From: Carcharhinus longimanus
Taxonomy: Eukaryota
DNA length: 64,000 bases
Direction of reading: 5' to 3'
Assembly (NCBI GenBank): GCA_030264375.1
Contig: JASCQW010000043.1
Span: 82,750,494 to 82,814,493, forward strand
Shown: one piece after another, positions 1 through 11,714 of the stretch
Numbering within the stretch: the stretch's first letter is position 1
Layout: each line of letters begins with the position of its first letter
Position numbers and translations under genes: made by a program
The notes under the pieces: generated by a model
Told to the model about the DNA's origin: nothing
Seen by the model: the letters and a program-made list of their open reading frames with translations, nothing else
The model's database searches: none

Positions 1-290
1 TATCTTATATGTCTCTATAAGATCCCCCCTCATCCTTCTAAACTCCAACGAGTACAGACCCAGTCTATTTAGTCTCTATTTATAGTCCAACCCCCTCATC
101 TCTGGTACCAACCTAGTGAACCTCCTCTGCACTCCCTCCAAGGCCAATAAATCCTTCTGCAAGTGCGGCGACCAAAACTGCACACAGTACTCCAGCTGCG
201 GCCTCACCAGTGCCTGTACAGTTGCAGCAAGCTACTTTTATATTCTATCCCCCTTGCTATAAAGGCCAGCATTCCATTCATCTTCTTGAT
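1..290 (-). mobile_element. CR1 LINE fragment (RT C-terminal region)
   Basis: The reverse strand carries CR1 ORF2 motifs ([15 protein letters not shown]-type: ccaaaactgcacacagtactccagctgcggcctcaccag). Confidence 0.85.
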
Positions 291-1009
291 CACTGAGGAA
301 GGGCTGATGCAGTGACCACAAAGGTGAAGAGAGCTGCAACATGGAATAGGAGGTGTGAGACCCTGCTACTTATCAGATGGTTGGTCAATTGTGCTGAATT
401 TTGATGTTCAGTATTGCACCTTCCTTGGTGCCTTGTGCTTTTGTACTAATCCAAAGAAACTAATTGAATAGGGGATTTGAAAATGGCCTATAGAATTTTT
501 TAAAAATCTGTAAGCTAATGTACACCAAATAAGTCTGGAATATTTTTATAATTTATGAGCACACAACTAGTTTAGTCATCCATTGCCAGAACTGTGTGGG
601 TCACATCAAACACTCTCTGGACGAAGTTCTCCTATTTTGAGACTTAGTGCCATGGCGGGGTGGGAATACGGACTGTTTCCCACTGCAGAGACTAGAGGAA
701 CAACACACCAAATATTCCCATCCTAACTTCATTTTCTATGCACCCGAGTGTTTTGTGTTGTACTCGGTGGTGGGGTAGGCCTGGACGATGTGTTGTCTGC
801 AGTTGCGTCTGATGGCATATTGAAAAAGATGGGCCTCCTGAAAATGAAGATGGATTTCCAGGAGCGTTCTGAGGCTGGAAGAAGGATCCCTCCACAGAAT
901 CTGGAGTCCACCCACAGAGATATCCCAGTCCCACTGCTGTGGTGGTCTAAGGTCTTATGCTAAATACCATTCAATTAGCTTCTTTGGATTAGTGCAAAAG
1001 CAGCACAGT

Positions 1010-1797
1010 GCAAGTATATCGTAGATAAATGTGGGGTTATTCACTTTGGTAGCAATAATAGGAAGGCAGATTATTATTTTAATGGGTGTAAATTGGGAGA
1101 GGTGGATACTCAGCAAGATGTTGGTGTACTGAAGGTAAACTTGCAGATTCAGCAGGTGGACAAGAAGGCAAATGGTATGTTGGCCTTCATAGTGAGAGGA
1201 TTTAAGTATAGGAATTACTGCAGTTGTATAGGACATGGGTGTGGCCACATGTGAAATATTGTATGCAGTTTTGGCATCCTTATGAGGTAGGATGCTCTTG
1301 TTATAGAGGGAGTGCAGCCAAGGTTTACCAGCCTGATCCCTGGGATGGCAGGTCTGTCATATAAGGAGAGACTAAGTTGGTTAGGATTATATTTACTGGC
1401 TTTTAGAAGAGTGAGAGGGGATCTTGTAGAAACTTAGAAAATTCTAATGGGATTAGTCAGGTAAGTTCAGAGAGAATGTTCTTGATGGTGGTGAAGTCCA
1501 GAACTAGAGATCATAGTTTGAAGATAAATAGTAAACCTTTTAGGACTGAGATGAGGAGAAATTTCTTCACCCAGAGGATAATGAATCTGTGGAATGCACT
1601 ACCACACAAAGTAGTTGAGACCAAAATGTGGTATAATTTCAGGAATGAGTTAAATATAGTTCTTGGGGCTAAAGGAGTCAAGGGATATCCGAGGGGAAGC
1701 TGGAGTCAGAGTATTGAATTTGATGATAATGAATGGTGGAGCAGGCTCGAGGGGCCGAATGGCCTACTTTTACTTCTATTTTCTATGTATGTTCCAA
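1010..1797 (+). mobile_element. CR1 LINE 3' fragment with tail
   Basis: Encodes HSLKI..PFRTEMRRNFFTQR..NLWNALP. 3'UTR gaatggtggagcaggctcgaggggccgaatggcctact followed by a short ctatgt-type tail. Confidence 0.9.
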
Positions 1798-2638
1798 TGT
1801 ATAACTTGGCGGCTCCCAAATCCATTTTGTGAGCAGTGTGCTGAAAGAATTTCTATAATTGAAGCGTATGTATTTTTGATTCTTTAATTCTAGGCTTCCT
1901 TCAAGCAAGTAAGCCTTGTAAATCCAGCCAGTTAGCCATTTTATTTTGGGTGAAAGTGAGCTAAGAAGTATTTATTTCCTCTGGGTTGCTGTCGATCTGC
2001 AGCCTTTGTCTAATATTTAACCAACTAGCTCAAAACGTCAGTTGCCAGTGTGGGCCATAAAATAATTAAACATTGCTGTATTGACAGTGTGGTTTTGCTT
2101 CAGTAGAACCATGAAGAACAGCCCTCTGAAACTCTTGGTGATTGACACAGTGTTAAGTGACATTAAGAATAATAGTAGAATTGAGACGTACAGCTTGGCA
2201 GCTTCTGCAGCTTTTACAAGGAAATTCCAAAAGAACTGAGCAGGCTGGCCTTAGCAATGCGAGTTATTTGCCTGCCGATGTGTCAGGAATAAACTAGCCA
2301 GTCTAAATGTGAAGTGTGCTACAGGCTTGCATTTTGTACGATGTGGGAGAAAGGGAAGGATTATTAAACGGTGGTAAGTAGACAACCACCTTTATCTCAA
2401 ACTTGTTCCTTTATGTTTTTAGAAAAACAAAATTTAATGAGTTTAATCTTCTATAATGCTGACACGTTACTTTGACATTTACAATAAAACTTTGTGTGGC
2501 AAATTAGAACAACAGGCTTCTATAATTTTCAAGGAAATTATTCATTAATTCTAGACTTTTACTGTCCATAATGAGTGCAGAATTAGATTCCAAAATTTCA
2601 GCATCTGTACTGGTCACAAAGCCCCTATTCGCGTTCAG

Positions 2639-2639
<1 letters not shown>

Positions 2640-2680
<41 letters not shown>
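2640..2680. repeat. (CT)n microsatellite
   Basis: About 20 CT units. Confidence 0.98.
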
Positions 2681-2685
<5 letters not shown>

Positions 2686-3769
2686 TGCTCTCACTCTGAC
2701 ATTTTGTATCCTAATGTTGCATTAAAAATCCATATTCATTTGGGTATTCCCATAATCATTACTCCTTCCCTCATTGCCTATAGCCCGGATCATCCTCTTT
2801 CCTCCTTCATGGGCAATAATTTGATATGGCAAAGCAACTCACGGCATCTGCTGATGGTTAGACGTGCCCTTGCATGTATAAGTTTTTGAATGAAAAGTTG
2901 CTGAAAATGCAAGTTGATAACATCGCAACAAGGGAAGCTGGGCATCTACAACCTTAGTAACTCTTAACCAATTAGATTGAAAAATTGTGAAATGTATGCC
3001 ACATGAAAACAAAGTGTTGGAATAAGTTAATTTAATGCCAAAACCTATGCAGAAAAGAGAAGTGAGGGAAGACAAGATTGGATTAATAGTGGGGTGGGGG
3101 AAGAAGAGAGAGAGATGTTTTTCTAATGTTTCAACATGCCAACAATTGATCACTGAAAAGCTAAGACACCACATTTGTAGTAGTTAATCTTTAGATCTGC
3201 ATCATTAATAGGATAGTTGGTTTGTTTTGAACGACATTTGACAATATGGTGAGTTTTGCTTCCAACCTACTGGACAATCCAGCAAATTTGTGCTGTTCAA
3301 TGTATTTCAGCAGTGAGCCAGACAGCTGGATGATGTTTTTGCAAAGCTAACGGTGGAGCAGTACATCTCAGAGCAAGCTTTCAACTTCTACTTTAACTTT
3401 ACATACGCTTCGCCTGTGGGATCTGCACATAAAACACAGCAAGCACCAATAGTATCGCCAGTGCTTTAACAATAATGTGCCACTTATGATGAGTCACTTC
3501 TCACGATTTAGCAACTTCTTAGAATTAGGTTTTATCCACGTACACAAACGTTGCAGATGCTACAAAATTCACACATTTGTACCTGATGCAATGCCTCAGT
3601 TTACTCTTATTATATGACAGACACATACTGGCAATTTTCCAGTTACCAATTTCTTTTTTAACTCCAGTTTTTGTTTTGAATTGTAGATTAAGTCAAGTCC
3701 ATTCCCAAATGCAAGCAAAGTATTTTTTAAATCTAATCAATTTTGCCTAAATATTTCAATGCATTCTTA

Positions 3770-3921
3770 TAGTCCAAAGATGTGTGGATTAGATGGATTG
3801 GCCGTGCTAAATTGACCCTTAGTGTCAGGGGGACCAGCTAGGATGAATGCATGGGGTTATGGGGATAAGGCCTGGATGGGACTTGATAGGCTGAATGGCC
3901 TCCTTCTGCAGATTCTATGAT
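3770..3921 (+). mobile_element. Partial V-SINE (HE1-like)
   Basis: tccaaagatgtg...ggattggccgtgctaaattg core plus the CR1-like tail ggctgaatggcctccttctgca. Confidence 0.8.
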
Positions 3922-6739
3922 TATACAAAAATGAATAAACTGAGTCTGAAAGCTATTTTTTTTAAATCATGATCCAAGCATTAAAAAGTTCTTTGTACAC
4001 TACGTTTGAGAACAGAATTGCATTGCACTGATAGACAGTGGCAAAACTGTTATAGCAGTCTATGTTTAAAATGGCTTCCAGACCATTACAAAAGGTGTTC
4101 CAATGAAATGGTAATTGGACACCAGGAATTGATCAGTGCTGTGAGGAGGTAAGGGAAGAGGAAGAACAAAATCAGACCAGCTTCCTTTATAGTGATAGGT
4201 TGGTGCCATTTCCTGACCAGTGTGACTGAACCAATGTCTTCACGTCCCAGCAGTTGATTCTTATCTGGTTATTTTGGAGAAAGTGGACACGTTATCGTTC
4301 AAACTAACTTTGTCCCCTAATTTTTTAAAAAACCTTTTATTCATTAACTTGTGAAGACTAATATTTTCAGTATGTTTTCATGAACAAAGAAAGCATCACA
4401 GCTAGAACCACAATTCCTGTTCCTTATTGCTCCCTGCATTGATCTTTTTTCAGCTTTACAATGGCAACAAATTAACTTGCGTCTAATTAAAATAAAACCT
4501 TTCAATGTAGGTAATCATCCCCAGCAATGTTACAGAGGCTAAACTGAATGTGAAGCCAGAAGGAGGAGATATAACAGGAGAGCTTTCTTAAAAAGGGTGG
4601 GCTTCAGTGGGAGCGGTGCAGTTTCAGAGAGAGAAGCAGGAGAGAGGGATATCTTGGCAGTAGTGCAGAGACACACGCTGGGTCTAATATATAAAAAACC
4701 TGTGACAAAGAGGCTTATCTTTCTGCAAATAGAAGATAGCAGAAGAGGAAAGGTATTAAATTAATAGCAGGAAGTTTTTTAAAAAAAGTAAAATGATGCT
4801 TGGACCGGAACCCTGAAGGCTGGCAGTGCCGTGGAAGCAGGGAATGGGTAACAAAACATGGCAAGGGGAGCAGGCCAAATATGTCATCTTGCGTTCAAAG
4901 GCAAAAAGTCTTTATGGTTACGCAAGGCATTCACCATTAAAGTGACATAAGCAGGACAGGCTTTACATCAGAATGAAGTATGTGCATTGCAGTGTGTGTG
5001 TTTAACCTGTGGAAATCTAAAATCTGTTCCTATTTTTGAACGTGATGATCAGAAATGGACCCCAAAATTCTCTGTGGTGTTACAGCACTTCAGATACTTC
5101 ATGGTTTTGGAGTACTGCAGCCATATACAGTTATGTTGGAAGGTGTCTTAAGAGATGAAGCAAGCAAAAGGTGTGTTCTGTATTTGCCTGTGTATTGTGT
5201 GCGTCAGCAAATTTTTAAATCAACCAAGCTGCTTTTCAGAACAAACATTGATTTTTGTCATTTGGAAGCATGTAGCATCCTGTCTAAATCTGTTTGTACT
5301 TCACTAACCAAACAGACATTTAGTATATTTAAAAGAACTGGTATTGAGTTAATTTTACAGTGAATACTACTCCCAGAATAGTCTAGCACAGTGTTCACTG
5401 TAAAAGTCATAATTGCATCTGGGTCAATATTGCATAATTGTCTACAGAATGGTCTTTGCCCATTCAGTTTCTATCAGAATTACTCAGTTGCTGACTGGGC
5501 AGTTGTTTATAGTGTTCTCAGATGAACATAATTCTTTCCAAGTACTCATTCAGATATTTTATTCTTAATATTTTATGAGACATGGCAGAACACAGTCATG
5601 GCGAATGAGAGAGAAGTCCACAGGAAGGTGGACCGAATTACAAAGTGCAATCCCAGAATCTTGTAATGAAAGCAGAATTTGATTTATTGTAGCCTAGTGG
5701 CACTGGACCAAGACTGCAAGTACAAAAAACTGGAAAAGTGCAACTGCTGTGCTACGTCTAGCCTGTGGGATCTTGCATCTGCATTCCTTTATTAGTGCAG
5801 TCTTAAGATTTAGCAAATAAGTAAATTGTCTATTCAACTTTGTGAATTCCAAAGATGATTTATAGACCAGTTTGTATCTAGTGCTACATGGATTTTCAAC
5901 ACGTTTATCTGGGACAACCATGTCTGAAGCTTCTGATCACCTAAGCAGAAGCTGATGTTTACTTCAAAGGGTCCTGGGGTGTAAGGCAAGCTTTCACACG
6001 TCAAATTAGTGCTCTGCAAAAAATATATGACAGTATTTTGTGCTCAAGCACTTACTGACCATGAATTTTGTTGTTTGGGGGGGAGGGAGGAGAGGACTAG
6101 TGGGTAGGGAAAAAAATTCTGTTTTGAACCTTGTTTTGAGCGTAGCGTACACAGTAGTGGGAATAGATAGCAGTCAGTAATGGGGGACTCCCACTGCCTT
6201 CGACCTCTTGTCACTGGGGCCAATTTTACTGCGCTCTGCTACTGCGTAGAGATCAGCCAACTCAACACGAACCCAGGAACCAATTTTGGCCTCTGTTGTT
6301 AGGATGTAATCTGATTGAGGTATCATATGCTTTAAAGAGTAAGACTGAATCGCACATTTGAAAACCCAATTTTTGTTTAAAATGTCTATGTAGTTATATT
6401 ATGTTTACTTGTTACATAAATTATTCTGTTCAAAGTACTTCTTTGCATTGAGAGTACAGCTGTTGGTAGATGCTGTCAGCTGAATTCATACAGATGTCCT
6501 GATGTTTGGAGCTTTGAAAATGCTCTGCATGAGTCCTCCAGCTAAAGGAAGCTGGGTTCCCACATTAGCATTGTGTGTTAAAGTTAGATTTCGATGCGAC
6601 ACATGGGAGCTCTATGCAAATACAAGTTCAGGAGCTCTGTGCAAGTAACAGCTCACTGAAAGCAGAGCAGTGGCACACAGATATTGTACTCTCATGGGAA
6701 AAGACACTACTGAAACACTGCAGGTGATAATGAATAAAA

Positions 6740-6997
6740 GGTTCCAGGTTCAATTCACAGCTTGGGTCACTGTCAGTGTGGAGTCTGCACGTTCTGTGTG
6801 TGTGTGTGTGCATGGGTTTCCTCTGGGTGATTCAGACTTCACAGTCTGAAAGATGTGCTGCTTAAGTGCACTGACCATGCTAAATTCTCCCTTAGTGTAC
6901 CCTAACAGGCAACACAGTGTTGCAACTATAGGATTTTTATAGTAACTTCATTGCAGTGTTAATGTAATCCTACTTGTGACACTAATAAATAAACTTA
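6740..6997 (+). mobile_element. tRNA-derived V-SINE with cactaataaataaac tail
   Basis: B-box-like ggttcaattc, V-domain tgtggagtctgcacgtt...gggtttcctct. Same family as 26672-26966. Confidence 0.85.
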
Positions 6998-7334
6998 AAA
7001 CAAGCTCTCAGGCAGAATTGGGAAGGAGGTGATTCCTATGTCTGGACTATTCTATCAAAATATTAGAGCAACAGGTTACAGGTGCTTCACATGATCTGCA
7101 TTTAGTTATTTAAGTGCATTTATAGTAGTAGCAGCAGATAGTTTTCAGTTTCTATGCCTGCATGAGCTTCAGATAGGAATCATAACTTGTGGCAGTTCCA
7201 TTCCCATTTAATTTTGCAGTTGATTTACTGCTACTTTGTCCAGTAGTTTGGATGAAGTTAAATTACAGGAAATCTTGTCAAGAAGCTCAAAAGCAATGTT
7301 TCATTTTTAAAAATTCTATTTCAAATCCATGCTG

Positions 7335-7700
7335 GGTTGTGACAGGAAAGGACAGACAAAGATAAACTATTTCCACTGGTTGGAGATCCTAGAACTAGGG
7401 ATTGTGGAAACTTGGAGATTCTGAGCCAGAATCCTAAGAAATAGAGCCAGACCATTCAGGAGTAATGTTAGGAAGCACTGCTTCACCCAGAGGGTGGTAG
7501 AGGTTTGGAACTCTCCTACAAATGACAATTGTTGCAAGATCAGTTGCCAACTTTAAATCTGAGAGAGATTTTTTTTTGTTAAGCAAAAGGTATTAAGGGA
7601 CATGGGCCAAAGGCATGTGTATAGAGTTCGGCCACAGATCTTATTAAATGGTGAAACAGACTCGATGGGCTAAATGGCCAACTCGGGTCCATATGTTCCT
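7335..7700 (+). mobile_element. CR1 3' fragment
   Basis: aggaagcactgcttcacccagagggtggtagaggtttggaactct plus a CR1 tail. Confidence 0.8.
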
Positions 7701-8488
7701 CTGACCTTGTTATCTCCAATGATGTGACGATGCCAGCTCCAATACCCTACCTGCTTTTCTTCAGCCTGGGTGTGTAGCATCCCAATTAAATATGTGATGG
7801 CAAAGCACGGGTTCGTGTGCATAGAATTGAGAGAGAAAGCACAGCTAACTGCCTGTGTTTGAACAGTAAATGGATTGCAGGCACGTGAGTATGATTGCAT
7901 TTTCAGGAAAATGTTAGCATGAAACCCAGTTATTGTGCACACATCTGGAAACAATGTGCCATTGGAGCTTTGGCCCACAGCAGTACTGGCCAGTACAAGG
8001 CAGCATGCATGATGATGTATTTTTAGAACAGCATTATTCCACTTTTAGCATGGAATCCTTGTATCACAACATGCAATACCAAAGTTGCTGCATTAATATC
8101 AATGATGTCATACTTTGTGATTATTTTTAATCTGATCAGTTACTGAGATGTATTATTTTGAGCTCTCCCAGAGTTCTGTCTAACAGAGTTATTCGTTTTG
8201 TGGGAGTTAGTGGATGGATAACTGTCAATCATTTCATTACTGTTCATTGAACTGTGTCTGCAAATTGTTATTGTTGTATGTTACAGGAGCAGTTACTATT
8301 CAAATGTGATTTATTTGTTGCAGAGGCTTTGGAACATCTTTAGTTTTGTTTCAAATTGATGTGGGGAATGAATGACTTAATTGGAAGGTGTTTGCTGTAG
8401 ATAAGCCTTTTCAACTTAAGCATTTGTGGATCTGCCATCATGAATTGGCAAAAATAGGCCAGACTTTCCAATCTGGATCAGGAATCAT

Positions 8489-8621
8489 GGGCGGGATTCT
8501 CCGGTTGTGATTGTGGCAGGACATGTTGTGAGCAAGAACGGGAAATTTGGCGTTGCAGCCAAAAGTCCATTCGGCGGCACTGAAAAATCCCACTGCAAGT
8601 CAGGGCATAAAATTTCCACCT
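8489..8621. mobile_element. MITE with GGGCGGGATTCT-type TIRs
   Basis: 5' gggcgggattct and 3' aaatttccacct form an imperfect inverted terminus. About 130 bp, AT on both sides. Confidence 0.6.
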
Positions 8622-9664
8622 ATGTTTCAGGCAAACACTTCCCTCCCTTAATTTTTTTTTCCTCTAAAAGCTATCTTCTGATGGACAGTCCTTCATATCC
8701 AAACCAATGCAGCAATGCTCATGGGTAGCATTGCAGAGAACCTGTGAAGAGGCCATGCTCCCTTTTTCATAGCTGAAGTTTCCTTATTCTGGCAAGCAAA
8801 ATGTTTTAGAGATGCTTTGAAAGACTTTGGAAAGATGGTAAGGTAAGTGGGCACCTGGGTATGGTAAGCGAGTAGGGTATTGGAGTAAGGTGAATAATGC
8901 TAGGTCAGCAAGCAGATAGGGTGTAATTGTGTGGCAACAGGTGCTAATTGAATTGGGGGCTTGTCCAGTCAAGAGGTCACAGTATTTTGGTTTGAGGGAT
9001 AGCAAGTGGTCTTGAGTGAATGGGGGCAGGGGGTGGGGTGTGGTGGGTGGCGGGATCACTTGGTGCTGGATTACGTTTTTTCTAGTGTTTCCTGGGTAAC
9101 TGTTTGAGTGAATAAGTCAGGACCAGCCAAAGTCTCTGACTAGTTGGAGACTATTTTGGAAGGTCCGAGGGAGCAGGGGAACTCCCAATTGGAAGTTCAA
9201 ATTTTCGGGGCAATTCATACAGAATCCTCGCAATGCAACTTCCAAGGAGTTCTATGGCACGTCATCTGAGGTATGTCTGGTGTCTGACCTTCCAGAGACT
9301 GGAAATTCTGAGTCTGGTCATTGGGAAATTTCCCTCCCTCTCCTCGAGCAGTATAAACTATTCTCTCCACTGAGGACAGCTTTGTTAGTATGATAGTAAT
9401 TACTTTTCTGAATGTGGTTAGGACAGTAACAAAACTAAAAAAAGCTGGTTCATTTAGGTTGTTTGTTTTTGTCCATAAAGCCTGATTTTAATCTCAGGAG
9501 TGGTGTATGTGGCAGATAAAACCATGCCAAGGTTTCCCACTATACCCTGATGTGTCACCCATTTCTTCAGTAATGCCATGGAATGTTTTACATCATTAAA
9601 AGCACCACATTAATGCAGGTTCTTTTCAGGCTACTTGCCCATTCCTCAATCCAAAACTTCATTG

Positions 9665-9976
9665 AACCCCTACAGTGCAGAAGGAGGCCATTCGGCCCGG
9701 CAGAGCATCTTACCCAGGCCAACTCCCACTCTGGCCCTATCCTTGTAACCTCAGTAATTCCCCTCATCGACATATCTTTGGCCATGCTAAATTGCCTCTT
9801 AGTGTCCAATGTACCAAACCTGCATATCTTTGGACTGTGGGAGGAAACTGGAGCACTTGGAGGAAGCCTATGCAGACATGGGGAGAACATGCAAACTCCA
9901 CACACACTCACCCAAGACCGGAATTGAACCTGGGTCCCTGGCTGTGAAGCAGCAGTGCTAAGCAATGTGCTGCCAT
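9665..9976 (-). mobile_element. HE1-like V-SINE, near full length
   Basis: The reverse strand shows a tRNA head (gggacccaggttcaattcc), V-domain and CR1-derived tail. Confidence 0.9.
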
Positions 9977-10429
9977 CTTTCTGATTGCTAGAATTCCCCC
10001 TCACGCCCAGCTGCTAATATTGCAATGGGCTGGTTCCATTGGTCTCCAACCATTGCCCAACAACCTGGCTATCTCCCGCTCCTGCATGACTTTAGATTCC
10101 GAGTGGCCAGTGGTGATGATGTCATGCTCATGGCTTCGTGTGCAATTCCATGTCAGGGATTCAGCTGAGATCTGGGTGTTTAAATTGCTGCTTTGGTCCC
10201 CATACTGCTGATTTCCTGCCCCAAGTTAAAACCCGGGCTGTAATTTCAATAGAAACCTTGAGAAAGTGCTTCAGATTTCACAGATTAGTGAAGCAGTTTG
10301 TGATGACAGGAGGAGTTTTGAGACTTAATTTGATGTTACTGCAACAGTTCTTTTTAAAAAATCAAATTTAGTTGAATGCTATTCCTCCATTCAAACCATG
10401 TTGTATTGTAGAATGTGTGATGGGTTTTT

Positions 10430-11160
10430 TGTGCCTCGATTTGAATGAACAGAAAGAGCTCTGTTCCCATTCAAAAAGACAGTGTTCAGCAGCAGGTGGG
10501 AGAACTGGGGATATTTTGAAAAAACAGAGATTTCATTGGTGTTAGCCCAGCCTATGCCACGGTGTGCTGTACTTGGCTAAGTTTACACTAATACTGGAAT
10601 TTTTCCTTATAGGGCACAGTGAGCGTTAGAGCGGGCAGGACTTCAGCTGACAGCTCCTTCAGCATAGTTGAAGTTTGTTAAAAGTGTCTGAAGCCCTCTA
10701 TTGCAGATTGGAAGTCAAATTTGGTTCTTATGGGTGGGGGAGTGGGGGGACGAGAGAGAGAAAAGATTGGATGTATGTGCTGCATAAACTTGGCCACCAT
10801 TTCAGAAGCTGGATCCTGTTTCTTCACAGTTGCTTGTCTGTAGTCGTAAGTAATGGAATTCTCCTTTTCCTGTTCAGCAGTATAGGCCAAAACCAGCACA
10901 TTAAAGAGTCTGAAAGAGCAGCCGTTCTTTTCTGGTGTATAGCCAGTTTAAAACAGCTCAATGACGTGCAACAATTAGTTGGGGTGGGTAACTTTTGTGT
11001 CAGAGTTTGTTACGATGGTTCTACCCTGATATTTGATTAGGCAGTTCCTCTTCTAGCTGTGGAATTTCAGACCATGTCGGAAACGGGTCTGACTGCATAT
11101 TTTTAGTGAGTGTGCTCAGCGGAGCTAAATCTGATTGGGACTCCTGTGACCAAAGGTAAA
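10430..11160 (+). promoter_or_regulatory. Candidate internal promoter / non-coding alternative first exon
   Basis: Non-repetitive block with GGAATTTTTCC (10596) overlapping CArG-like CCTTATAGGG (10605), and a donor-like AAAG|gtaaaa at 11155/11156, about 560 nt before the large exon. Confidence 0.3.
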
Positions 11161-11714
11161 AACAAAACTGTTACTTAAAGACGGGAGGGGAGTTAATTCC
11201 TCTTAAACTCCATTTTAAGTTAGTAAAAATTGAACTCTCCCTCTCAGAGAGGAGAGGAAAGCCTGAAGGCAGCACTATTTTGGTTTTGGCAGCAATAGTT
11301 TTGTATTTACCCTTTCCGTACCCCAGAGGAGTCTTTCGCTATATGGTTCACTGCAGTGCATGTGGTCACCTGATTAATGCCCAGCAGTTAAGCTCAAAGA
11401 TTTGTGCTTCTGAAGCTGTATCAAGATCACTTTCATCAGAATTCCATAGCATGCTGCTAATAGAGGTATCTTTGGAGATGGATCTTCATTCACTAAATGT
11501 GGCATTTCACAGTAAAGCGATTATTTAAAACTGTGCTGCGATTGCAAAATGTACATGCGCACATAAAAATAAGACTACTTTGTTAAACTTTCAGGATTGC
11601 GCAGTTAAAGTGACATTTAAAACTGCTAAATTTTAAACAATTTTCTGGATTATGTAACAGTCTACAGGCAGACCTTTTTTTAAAACTGATTTTTGTTTTT
11701 AATTTCTCCAACAG

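Noticed and set aside
11693-11714. TTG start of the 901-aa ORF, read as an intronless gene
   Set aside because: The first codons are the intron's pyrimidine tract and acceptor. The ORF is one internal exon of KANK1.
1-11714. KANK1 first coding exon (MAHTTKVNG-like)
   Set aside because: No ATG-initiated phase-1 exon with such a sequence was found by eye. It is likely upstream of the window.
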